Shown: positions 1 to 10,432 of the stretch, in pieces
Numbering within the stretch: position 1 is the stretch's first letter
Layout of the letters: the number at the start of each line of letters is the position of its first letter
DNA from: Octopus sinensis
Lineage: Eukaryota
Direction of reading: 5' to 3'
NCBI RefSeq assembly: GCF_006345805.1
Contig: NW_021836474.1
Location: 1 to 24,189 of the forward strand
Length of the DNA stretch: 24,189 nucleotides
The notes under the pieces: model-generated
The model's database searches: none
Told to the model about the DNA's origin: nothing
What the model saw: only the letters and a program-made list of their open reading frames with translations
Translations under genes and position numbers: made by a program

Positions 1-27
1 TCTGATTTTGCAATAAGCAAAAATACT

Positions 28-167
28 TTTGTGAGTAAATGCCAACTGTTAATCTGGATAAACTTAGATTTTGAGGAAAAGAAATCAGCCAACTAACTTG
101 CACATTAAAAATACAATTTGTAAGTGGAACAATAAAAGTATGCAAGAATTTTCTCAAGTTCAAAATT
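28..167 (+). mobile_element. C-terminal fragment of an R4/Dong-like (RLE) non-LTR retrotransposon ORF
   Basis: Aligns by eye to 16400-16539 (gtgagtaaatgcc...aatctggataaactt...tgcaaga...ttctcaagtt). Translates, with a frameshift and a stop, as FVSKC../NLDKLRF*GKEISQLTCTLKIQFVSGTIKVCKNFLKF. Confidence 0.75.
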
Positions 168-489
168 GACATCGTTTTCATTATCTACATTCCAACGATG
201 TTTCTATCGCTGTTAGAAACAATCACTTTCCTCAGAGAAAGAACTTAATTCAAATAGAAAGAGAAGATATATAGATGCAGTTACAAAGTATTGGAAGTAC
301 AGTGAAATTTGTCTGGAAGTCATTGTGTGACGCACTACCACAAGATAAAATTACTGTACTGATATATGTAGGCTTAAGTAACTTCCTAGATTTTTCAGTT
401 GTCAACAATCTGACACCAACGCACTTGCGAAAAAAGTACATGTCAGATATATATGTGAGAGTGTATTGTTCAGAATTTCACTCCCCAAC

Positions 490-790
490 TAGGTTGCTTT
501 CGGTACAGTCCCACTGCTCTCTTGGACAAATGTTTTCAGCTATAGTTCCAGAGCATGTGAATGGATTTCATTAACAGAGACAGAAATTCGTCGTGTGTGT
601 GTGTGTGTGTGTGTTCGTGTTATCAGATTACAGTTGTGCATCTCAGAAAATCGTTCATGCTGCTCTCATTTCACATGTCAACGAGTCGCTTCCTGGCTTG
701 GTACCATCGAAGATGTATACAATAAGATACTAGATGTCCCTTACATGAAAAGTAAGGGTTAGCGACACGAAGGGGAACCGGATAAATAGC
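490..790 (+). mobile_element. Old SINE: family-B head/body followed by a different 3' half
   Basis: cggtacagtcccactgctctcttggacaaatgttttcagctatag...tgtgaatggattt...gtcgtgtgt matches the family-B head at 21165-21280. After the (GT)n linker the sequence no longer matches the family-B 3' half. Confidence 0.55.
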
Positions 791-959
791 AATGCTCCAA
801 ATATATTGCCAAACACAGGCTAACGACGCTCACACACATATATATGTGTATGTGTGTCAGTATATATCTTTACATGTGTGTGTGTGTGTGTGTAGTTGCA
901 AGCATATCTGTGTGGTAAGAATTTTGCTTTCCAACCACATGGCTCCGTGTTATTGAAGG

Positions 960-1259
960 ATTTAGTGCTTATTATTCTTCTTTATAACCTGGTACTTATT
1001 TTATCGATATCTTTGGTGAACCGCTACTTACAGGAACGTAAACTTACCAACATCGGTTATCCAGCGGTAGTGGGAACAAACATAGGTTCAGAGAGACACA
1101 CACGTATGTGATGGACTGCCTTCAGTTTCTGTCTATCAAATCTACTCACAAGGCTTTGGTCGGCCCTAGGCTATAGCAGAAGACACATGAGCAAGGTGAC
1201 ATGCAGCGTGACTTAACACGGAAGCATGTGGTTGGGGTCCATGCATTTTACAACCACGC

Positions 1260-1260
<1 letters not shown>
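960..1260 (-). mobile_element. tRNA-derived SINE family B, diverged copy
   Basis: Contains ctggtacttattttatcg, gaaccgcta..ttac, cacaaggctttggtcggccctaggctatagcagaagacac, all homologous to 15814-16275. Confidence 0.85.
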
Positions 1261-1261
<1 letters not shown>

Positions 1262-1296
<35 letters not shown>

Positions 1297-1324
1297 TAGA
1301 TGTATGTATGTTTGTATGTATATG

Positions 1325-1372
<48 letters not shown>

Positions 1373-1520
1373 TATATATATATTATGTATGTATATATAT
1401 ATACGTGTGTATATATGTGTGTGGGTATGCATGTGTATCTATGTATATATATATATATATATATCTGAATGCATGTATGTATGTATGCATGCATGTATGT
1501 ATGTGTGTATGTTCGTATAT
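1262..1520. repeat. Compound microsatellite (TA)n/(TG)n/(TATG)n
   Basis: Directly visible tandem repeats. Confidence 0.95.
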
Positions 1521-1531
1521 ATACGCAATAA

Positions 1532-1695
1532 GTTTTAACGTTCTAGCTCACATCCGCTGTTTACAGCAGTGTCTGGAAGTAAGGTGTGAAGCGTGTGATC
1601 GTCGCATTAATCATGACAGAGAAAGTTGAGCTGAGAATCTGCATCAAATTTTGCCAAAAGCTTGGCGATACCTGCTCAGAGGCTTACGCAAAGTT
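1532..1695 (+). mobile_element. Mariner (Tc1/mariner superfamily) transposon 5' fragment
   Basis: ATG at 1613 gives MTEKVELRICIKFCQKLGDTCSEAYAK, a mariner transposase N-terminal helix. About 88% identical by hand count to the opposite-strand copy at 2088-2183. Confidence 0.8.
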
Positions 1696-2250
1696 TTCAA
1701 AAAGTTTTCATCGTTCTCGACACAATCAAGAAGATCTTGTGCAACTGAAACCCGCGAGTCTTTTTGCTCAGCTGAAAGCAGTTTAGTTACAAACTTGGCA
1801 GACACGCGTCTCATACCCGAATCTTCATTGATTATGAACTGAACTGTAACTAATCTGCAAATCCTCTGATAACTCAGGGATGATGATTCGACGATTTCCC
1901 CACACAGCTGCGATGTTTTCCGCAGTTCTGCTTGTTGCGGGTCTCCAAGAGCGTTTTGTCAATATCGAAACTTTTTCGGCCATCTTGGAAACGTCTGTAC
2001 CACCCGTACACTTGTGTGCCGCTCATACACCCTTCTCCATATAATTTCTGCAACCTTGCATAGGCTTCTGAGCAGATATCGCCATGACAACTTTCTCTGT
2101 CATGGTCAATGCAATGATCATACGCTTCACACCTTCCTTCCAAGCACTGTTGTAAACAGTGGACGTGAGCTAGAGCGTTAAAACTCTGCACAGCAGAGTT
2201 CAAGGTCAATCTATGCCAAGAGGCTTCGTCACTATGACAATAGTTTGGAT
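1689..2250 (-). mobile_element. Mariner transposase pseudogene, N-terminal DNA-binding half
   Basis: Frameshifted translation ...CSEAYARLQKLYGEGCMSGTQVYGWYRRFQDGRKSFD...ELSEDLQISYSSV...GMRRVSAKFVTKLLSAEQKDSRVSVAQDLLDCVENDENFLKTL. This shows HTH motifs and an FVxKLL variant of the WVPHEL linker, and ends just before the first catalytic Asp. Confidence 0.9.
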
Positions 2251-2265
2251 ACTTATTGGTCACAC

Positions 2266-2870
<605 letters not shown>

Positions 2871-3227
2871 TAAGCGTGCATGTGTGAATGTATGAGCATG
2901 ATTTCCTATCGTTATGAAGACCACATAAACATTGATCCTGACATAAAGACCTACACCCTTAACTTCACCCTTTCTGACCCCTACCCACCACAACCACCAC
3001 CACTACCGTTCAGTAACCTATAACAATACCCTTACCATATCTCCCAAACCGCCTACCTCTATATCCCCTTTACCAAGCTGTTTCTGTCAAATTTCATGCA
3101 CCATTACCTCACATGCCCAATATTGTGTCTGTTGTTTTGTTACCAAGGGTAGCTCTACCACCAACTATCTGTACATCTAATTCCATATATCAACTTACCT
3201 ATCTATCGACATATATACATACGTGCA

Positions 3228-3319
<92 letters not shown>

Positions 3320-3977
3320 GGTCTGTCTATCTATCTATCTATCGATTCGCTTGCCTGTATATCTGTTTGTTTATCATCTACCTACATGTGTCTCTCACCT
3401 CTTATCTCTGTCGTATTCTACATTTTCCTCTCCTCTCTCGTCCCATCCCTCTCGCTCCCTATTTCTGTGTATACATACATACATATATACACACCAAACA
3501 TGCATGCATTCAATTAAAACTTGATCTCACAGACACAGCTCAGTGTACACACTCACCCAGCCTTAACACACACATCCATCCACACGCATATACATAGATA
3601 TGCGTACACAGACGAATAGATAAATAGACAGACAGTAGGTAGGTAGATAGAGAAATAGATAGATAGATAGATGGATAGATAGATAGATAGATAGATAGAT
3701 ACATACATACATACATACATACATACATACATACATACATACATACATACATACATACATACATACATACATACATAAACCATCTCTGTAGACTTCATAT
3801 TCCACCACTGTTTATACATCAACATATAGCTGTTTATATAATACACGATATATAAAGCCTTACATGTACACATACATGAGATGCACTTAACGGACAACAT
3901 TCACACACTCTAAATACTCTCATACATTACGCACACACACACACATACACACACACATATATATATATGTGTGTGTG

Positions 3978-4043
<66 letters not shown>

Positions 4044-4050
4044 TATATAT
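3228..4050. repeat. (ATCT)n, (GATA)n/(TACA)n and (TA)n/(GT)n tracts with short spacers
   Basis: Directly visible. Confidence 0.9.
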
Positions 4051-4054
4051 ATAT

Positions 4055-4532
4055 AACTTAGATATGTTTCGACAAAAGATTGGTCCAGGCCATGTCTAAC
4101 TTAATAGCACCACCTGATAGGATTATCGAAATCCTGTTAAAGTCAAGTTTTGTTTATGGTCATTCAAGTAGTGAGTTCTTGTTGAGTGAGTTGTATCCAG
4201 GTATGGGTGGCTTATCCGGTATTCCTTGAAGAAATCTGTCCAGACTCTGTTTAAAGTTGATGGGATCCTTTTCCTCTTTGATCTCTTTCGGGACAATGTT
4301 AAACAGGGCAGAGCCTGTTAAGGAAAAGAAGTTATGTTGCAGTGTACCTATATACTGTGATCCTGAATTGGGCAGGGGGACGTATGGCCTGTGGTCCCAG
4401 CCTTGGATGAACCTTGAAACTAATGTTCAGGTCGTTTGGGCAAAGTTGGCGGTATATTCTCCACATCGTACAAATGATGTACCGCTCGCGGCGGCGCTGG
4501 AGAGAGTAGAGTTTCAAGGTTTTATACACTAT
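4055..4532 (-). mobile_element. CR1/L2-group LINE 3' end (ORF2 C-terminus plus 3' UTR), 5'-truncated
   Basis: YKTLKLYSLQRRRERYIICTMWRIYRQLCPND...(frameshift)...TLQHNFFSLTGSALFNIVPKEIKEEKDPINFKQSLDRFLQGIPDKPPIPGYNSLNKNSLLE* (stop at 4162-4160). The L..L..RR...FK..LD.FL pattern is typical of CR1-group ORF2 ends. Confidence 0.85.
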
Positions 4533-4619
4533 TTGCCAGCCTACTTAAATTTAAAAAAAAGAAGAACTAACACTGTAGTTAAGAGTGGCGTATAAATTTT
4601 GATAGCAAGTGTTATTGCT

Positions 4620-5131
4620 GTTGTTGTTTAGCTCTGGGTCTACCCTGATCCATCAGACCTATATTGGGTGGGTAGCGATAGAAACACGAGGTGAGATCGA
4701 CATAACTGTTGTTCCAGTTTGACACACTCTCTTCTAGCTAAGAGTACCGTAATTTGCTGGTGTACAAGATGCACTCTCGCATAGGACCAATTCCTACCTT
4801 TTTTGCGGAAAAAATGTACATTTTGCAATAAAAAAAACAGAAATGTTTCGTCATACATTCATACCCATCGGTTATACGTTCGCATTAGACACATAGCAAT
4901 TTTTTTTTATTACGTTTAAGAATGTGAAAAAAAAAGGAATGCGTCTTATACACCAGATATACTCTATACTGAATACATTCAGTAATCTATATCATGGTGT
5001 GTAGCAACTGTTACTGTTGTTTAACCGCAGGCTAGCACTTGTCCATCAGACAGAGCCGTGATCGTCCCATCTATTTATTTTGTATATAGAAGCTAGGCAT
5101 ATACAGTCACAAAGTCACATACACTTATATA

Positions 5132-5190
<59 letters not shown>

Positions 5191-5420
5191 GACAGGCTTC
5201 TTTCAGTTTCCGTCTACCAAATTCACTAACGAAGGCTTTGCTCGATCCTGCCGAAGATGCCACGCAGTGGGACGTGCCCAGAATCCTGTGGTTTGGAAGC
5301 AAGCTTTTTACTACCGCTTAATGGGGCAATCTATTGCATTGCATGTTGTTGTTTAGCCCCTGGTCAATTCTAACAAAGTAAATCGATGGTCACAGGCAAT
5401 CCAGCCTTGACCATTCCGTC
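4620..5420 (-). repeat. Three short copies (4620-4663, 5016-5072, 5345-5420) of a dispersed repeat starting gttgt(tg)tttagcccc
   Basis: Shared gttgttta(g/a)c..c.gg start. tccatcagac occurs in copies 1 and 2, and agcc(g/t)tga.c.tcc in copies 2 and 3. Strand is inferred from an (AAC)n tail. Confidence 0.6.
5188..5317 (-). mobile_element. SINE family B, 5' half with internal deletion
   Basis: atacgacaggcttctttcagtttccgtctaccaaat...gccacgcagtgggac...tgtggtttggaagcaagct matches 16113-16260. Confidence 0.85.
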
Positions 5421-5434
5421 ACGCTTTTTTTGAG

Positions 5435-5784
5435 CAGGGTTTCTCAACCACATTTTTTTTTTTATATCTATGGCTCACTTTCATTACTATTTTTATTCTG
5501 GTGGACCCCTATAACCATTCGGTATTTATAAATTAGTTTTATAGATACTTTCAAAATTATATTTTCCTTTTCATACATTAACTTGTGTAGGTTGAACTAT
5601 GAAAAAAATGTTTGAGAAAGATATCTAGTTATTTCTTGTAATTAATACAGCCAAAGTAAAACTTTTTCATGATACCTTAAAATAATACTTTGGGTTTCCA
5701 GTTTACTATTTTGCTTGCGTAGGCCCCGCAAAACCTTATATAGGCCCTCAGGGGGTCCATATGAACCCCTATTGAGAACCACTG
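5435..5784. mobile_element. hAT (Charlie-like) MITE, old
   Basis: TIRs cagggtttctcaac (5435-5448) and attgagaaccactg (5771-5784) pair 11/14. The right flank atctagag fits the NTCTAGAN target preference. The left flank has decayed (tttttgag). Confidence 0.7.
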
Positions 5785-5929
5785 ATCTAGAGCTACATAG
5801 CGCAAAATTTCCATCCTAGCTAGTCAATCGAATGCTAGGTTATTGATCACATGTTCACCTTCTTGGTTACATCATGAGAGCAATATTGCACACTGCTGCA
5901 TGTTGTAAGGGGGTCGTATGGAGGAGAGG

Positions 5930-6181
5930 AGGATGCAGTCTGGGACGTAGCGCGATAATCTGCACACATTGCATTCTGTCCACTGTCCAGTCTGTTTATA
6001 TACACCGCCAAGAGAAACAATAAATTTTGCGCTCTAAATCTACCTCGTCTGTCTCCACTGCGGCGGGATATGTGGATACACTCAAGCCTAGAAGGCCTTT
6101 AAACAGAGCTGACTGGTTTGACTTGGGGCTAAGCAACTACAAAAACAGCAATAACAGCAGCAGCAACAACAACAACAACAG

Positions 6182-6240
<59 letters not shown>

Positions 6241-6452
6241 AAAATATCCTAATGGTTGTCTCGGTCAGAGTAAGCATAAGAAGCATGCACACACACACAC
6301 ATACACATACGTATAAACAGACATACAAACAGGCACACAGACCAAGAGAGAGAAAAGGAGAGGGAGAAAGAGAGAGAGAGAGAAAGAGAGTAAAAATTAG
6401 CTTCAGCATAAATAGCTTCACTAACTCCTCTCTAAATCTCACTATGGTAAGT
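5930..6452 (+). promoter_or_regulatory. Candidate promoter and first exon ending in ATG|GTAAGT
   Basis: Locally CpG-enriched unique sequence at 5930-6070, TATA-like tttatata at 5994-6001, ATG at 6444-6446 with A at -3, followed immediately by the consensus donor GTAAGT (6447-6452). Confidence 0.3.
6144..6240 (+). repeat. Compound trinucleotide tract (AGC)(AAC)(TAC)(TGC)
   Basis: Directly visible. Confidence 0.95.
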
Positions 6453-6729
6453 CAGGTCGTTTTGCAAAGTGTATCTTGGACTATATTATCTAATGTATCC
6501 TTTTTAATCCTTTTTATATCTTTTCTTATCTTTCTTTTATTCTCATTACCTTTTCTTTTTTATCTATTTTATCCTTTTTTAAAAGCAGTAGCGGTGTAAT
6601 TTCAGGGAGATATGACTACTGTTTTTAACAGGTCAAACGATTACATAGCAGCCCGTGTAGTTTATATATATATAAGATAGCTGTCGAAGGTTTGAGTTTT
6701 TTTCCGTGATGTCAGTGTTGCACAAGGTG

Positions 6730-7080
6730 GGCTAGTGGTGGTGATTATTGTGTTACAAGTGGTTCTGAAAGTTATTGTGGTCATGGTACGAGGGGGAGTG
6801 ATGGTGGCGGCGGTGTTGGTGTTTGTGCTAATATTAGTGGTATTGCTGGTAGTAATAGTGGTAGTGATCGTAGCTATAGTGATGGTGGTAGTCGTAGTGG
6901 TGTTGGTAGTAATGGAGTTGATGATGTATTAGATATGTTGGTGTTAGTGGTAAGCATGGGTATGGTTGTTGGTGCTGGTGCTGGTAGTGGTGATGGTTGT
7001 AGTGGTGGCGGTGGTGGTGGTGGTGTGGGGGTAGCAGAATAGTAAATGTTGCTTTTTCAGTTGTCGTGGTAATGGCAGCT
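6730..7080. repeat. Degenerate (GGT/GTA/GAT)n low-complexity tract
   Basis: Directly visible. It produces spurious poly-Val and poly-His ORFs. Confidence 0.9.
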
Positions 7081-8279
7081 TTGTGACAAGTGCGGGTGTA
7101 TAATCGAACTGAGACATTCAATGGTATTTTTGTAATCTGTTAGAAATATCTAAAAATATCTCTAGCAAATAATAAAGAAACAGAAGGTATATAAGCCTGC
7201 TTGAAACTCTATTTAAAAGCTCTGCCGTACGTACATACATTCAAACACTTAGGACAAACACTTTAACACGTCCCTATGCAGGTATGTGTGGAACTTACAG
7301 GATGTTAGCATTGACTATTAAAATATAGGTCCATCCGATATAAAATACACACATCACTATAGTGCGAGTTCTAGAAGGTGATTTCTGTCACTCAGAGGAA
7401 ATATAGTATTTTATTACAGCTTTTATTCAATTTTGGACTTAGATTTAGTTCCTCTCGTGACGTAAGACATATAAGTTTTGGACAAAAAACAATTGGATGC
7501 TTCCATTGCTAATTGTTTTGGAATTTCCAATTAACAACTGTGTAAATTCGTTTATTTCCCGTCAAAATGGATTTGCTCTTTACTAAAAAATGTTTATCTA
7601 ATTTTTTTAAAAAGACAGATTTACTCATCAAAACATAAATAACTTGATCAACAATTGCTGCTTACTTGCGTTTTATGCACATGATGTTCAAGAAATGAAT
7701 ATGTTCCGCGCTTGTGCATGAGAATGAACGAAAGTATCACATTTTCAAGATTAATAAACAGTATATCTTCTACATTTGTTTTCCAGCAAACAATTAGCAT
7801 TCGGTGCACTGCTGACTCTGCATTTCTAAATGTTTTGGGGGATATATTTTTACTTATACAGTGTCACGCTGCTTCTTTAATTCCATTATTTGAATTATCA
7901 GTAATACGAAGCCCAACATGTTATTCAAGAAGCTGCAGTATCCAATAAAATGCATACTTTTTACTCTGTTGAGTACATTTTATCCATTTGTAAAACACAA
8001 ACGTTCATTAATATATACACATTCACACATATATATATATAATTTCATCCTTACACGAATACAGATGCATAAATATTCATATATACATTCATGTATGTAT
8101 ATATATATAAATATATAAATATATATATATAATATAAGACCATTCATGATGTCTGGTCCCACGTTAAGCAAACGTGATCATAAAACCAAAGATTCATCGT
8201 TACTTATATAAATTTAAGCCGAAAATAGCTTGCATAATACTGCAATGACTCTTATCAGAATCAGAGTCCCGACACACAT

Positions 8280-8305
8280 ACATGAAAATATTCACACACA
8301 CACAT

Positions 8306-8379
<74 letters not shown>

Positions 8380-8479
8380 CATATATACTTATATTATTAT
8401 TATCATTATTATTAAAAGTCAGGGTACAATATGCACCTGCTAACTACATATGTTATATATATACATATATGAATATATA

Positions 8480-8524
<45 letters not shown>

Positions 8525-8648
8525 GTGTGTGTGTGTGTGTGTTGTGTGTGTGTGTGTGTGTGTGTGTATAAATGTATATATAATATAGATAGATAGATGC
8601 ATACATACATACATAAATACATACGTGTGCGTGTGTGTGTGTATGTGT

Positions 8649-8708
<60 letters not shown>
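8280..8708. repeat. Compound (CA)n/(TA)n/(GT)n microsatellite
   Basis: Directly visible. Confidence 0.95.
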
Positions 8709-8711
<3 letters not shown>

Positions 8712-8799
8712 GAGTTAAGAGAAATAGCACAGAGGGCAATGGAATGAATTTCGATAACTAGAACAAAGGAAAGTCTATTAAATAATACAGAAGGTAAAT

Positions 8800-8880
8800 G
8801 CTTCGAAAGAAAGTAAACAAAGGTAGAACGGCAATTCGATTGCAGTTGCCGCTAGGAGCTTGTTTACTTTCTTTCTTAGC
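8800..8880. ncRNA. Candidate pre-miRNA-sized hairpin, or a tiny inverted-repeat element
   Basis: Perfect 16-bp inverted repeat gaaagaaagtaaacaa (8805-8820) / ttgtttactttctttc (8860-8875), plus an inner cggcaa/ttgccg stem. Confidence 0.3.
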
Positions 8881-9767
8881 GAAAATAACTTCATGAAATC
8901 AAGAAATTATTTTGTAAAAAAGTTAACATACTCTTCTTTGTACTTATTACACTCACCCAAATACACATACACACGCACACACACACACACACATCTTTAA
9001 AATTCTCACCCCTCTTCCAATGACGTGATGTAATAGGTATGTACTGTAAGTGCTCAGTCTGGTCTACCATTACAATATTCCAGCTTGAACTGCAACAGAA
9101 ACAAAGGTGGTGTGAAGCTGCCTTGCAAAGATGGCTTTAAGTGGTTCATCATTGAGCGCGTAGATATATATTAATTACACAGTGAGAATGAACAAGTAAA
9201 ACATCTTGTATCTCTACAGAACACGTAATTTATAATTCAAACATACTGGCAGAATAGTTAAATAAGGGATTAAGAAATAATGCGTAAAGTCTCTTACAAC
9301 TGTTTCTAGAATAACTGAGCATGCAGGGCATATGTCATTGAGTGAAGATTTCTACGTAAGCAAACTATTCCACTTTCAGAGAGAAAGATTTAAGGAATAT
9401 CCTTAAATAAAGAATATTAATAGTTACCATTTCATCGAAGAATTAAAGCACATCCTTAATGAAAGATAATAGTGGTTAGCAGTTCAATGAACTAACATTT
9501 TTTAAAAATTGTTGGAGGATCAAGGAATATCCTAGGTAAAAGTTAATAGTAGTTACTGGTTTCATCTTCGAAGATAAGGTGATGTAGATTTTTTAGTGGA
9601 AGGCCTGCGAGGAGGACAGAATAGTGTGAAGGAAAGATAGTGTTATAAATGCATGAGAGGAGATAAAAACTAACCGATATGATGAGGGCGTATATAACTT
9701 AGGAGTTAAGAGGTTATATATAAATACATACACATATGCATATATATAAATATATATATATATATAT

Positions 9768-9837
<70 letters not shown>

Positions 9838-10166
9838 TGTGTACATATATATACACACACGTACGTATCACATATACATATAAAGGAATAGGGGATAAGT
9901 AGGGAAGGGGAGGTTCAGTGGTAAGGAGCGAAAAAGACCGTATGCATATACATAATGGTAAGAACCCTACTGTACCGGCGACGACCAGTGTGGACTAGGG
10001 TTATCAGATAGCCAAAGGAGTAGGATTTAGTGAGGGATTAGTGTTAGAGGGTTGTAAACAAGATAGATTCAATCCTCAGACAGTAGCATATCAGCATAGT
10101 GAATCTCGCATGGACTGTGGTTGGGGTGGAGTTATAATGGTGTTAGCTATAGAAGGATAAAAATAT

Positions 10167-10380
10167 TCTTTTCTCATCTAGGCACAAGGCCCGAAATTTT
10201 GGGGGAGGAGGACAGTCGATTAGATCGATCTCAGTATGCAACTGGTACTTAATTTATCGACCCCGAAAAGATGAAAGGCAAAGTCGATCTCAGCAGAATT
10301 TGAACTCAGAACATAAAGACAGATAAAATATTGCTAACATTTCGTCCGGCGTGCTAACGTTTCTGCCAACTCACCGCCTT
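10167..10380 (-). mobile_element. tRNA-derived SINE family A (tail type 1) with 16-bp TSD
   Basis: Minus strand begins aaggcggtgagttggcagaaacgttagc (A box) and contains gagttcaaattc (B box). TSD agaaggataaaa(a/g)tat at 10151-10166 and 10381-10396. Confidence 0.92.
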
Positions 10381-10432
10381 AGAAGGATAAAAGTATTTCT
10401 GCCAACTCACCGCCTTAGAAGGATAAAAGTAT

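Noticed and set aside
275-574. 99-aa plus-strand ORF
   Set aside because: No recognisable domain, and its 3' third is a decayed SINE head.
6447-6680. Short intron 6447-6588 or 6447-6605 using the polypyrimidine tract after the candidate donor
   Set aside because: Splicing to either AG gives an immediate or early stop, and the putative exon is a dispersed repeat (6594-6652 resembles 21592-21650).
6735-7121. Hydrophobic poly-Val ORF and poly-His ORF
   Set aside because: Opposite-strand readings of one degenerate (GGT)n tract.
9090-9330. RNKGG and MHG-like words suggesting another R4-like remnant
   Set aside because: Only two short motifs and no colinear alignment with 14800-15120 by eye.
9882-9914. 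Possible G-quadruplex
   Set aside because: Only three runs of three or more G.
10361-10432. 36-bp direct repeats of CRISPR-like length
   Set aside because: Two adjacent copies with no spacer, made of SINE end plus TSD, in a eukaryotic context with no cas genes.
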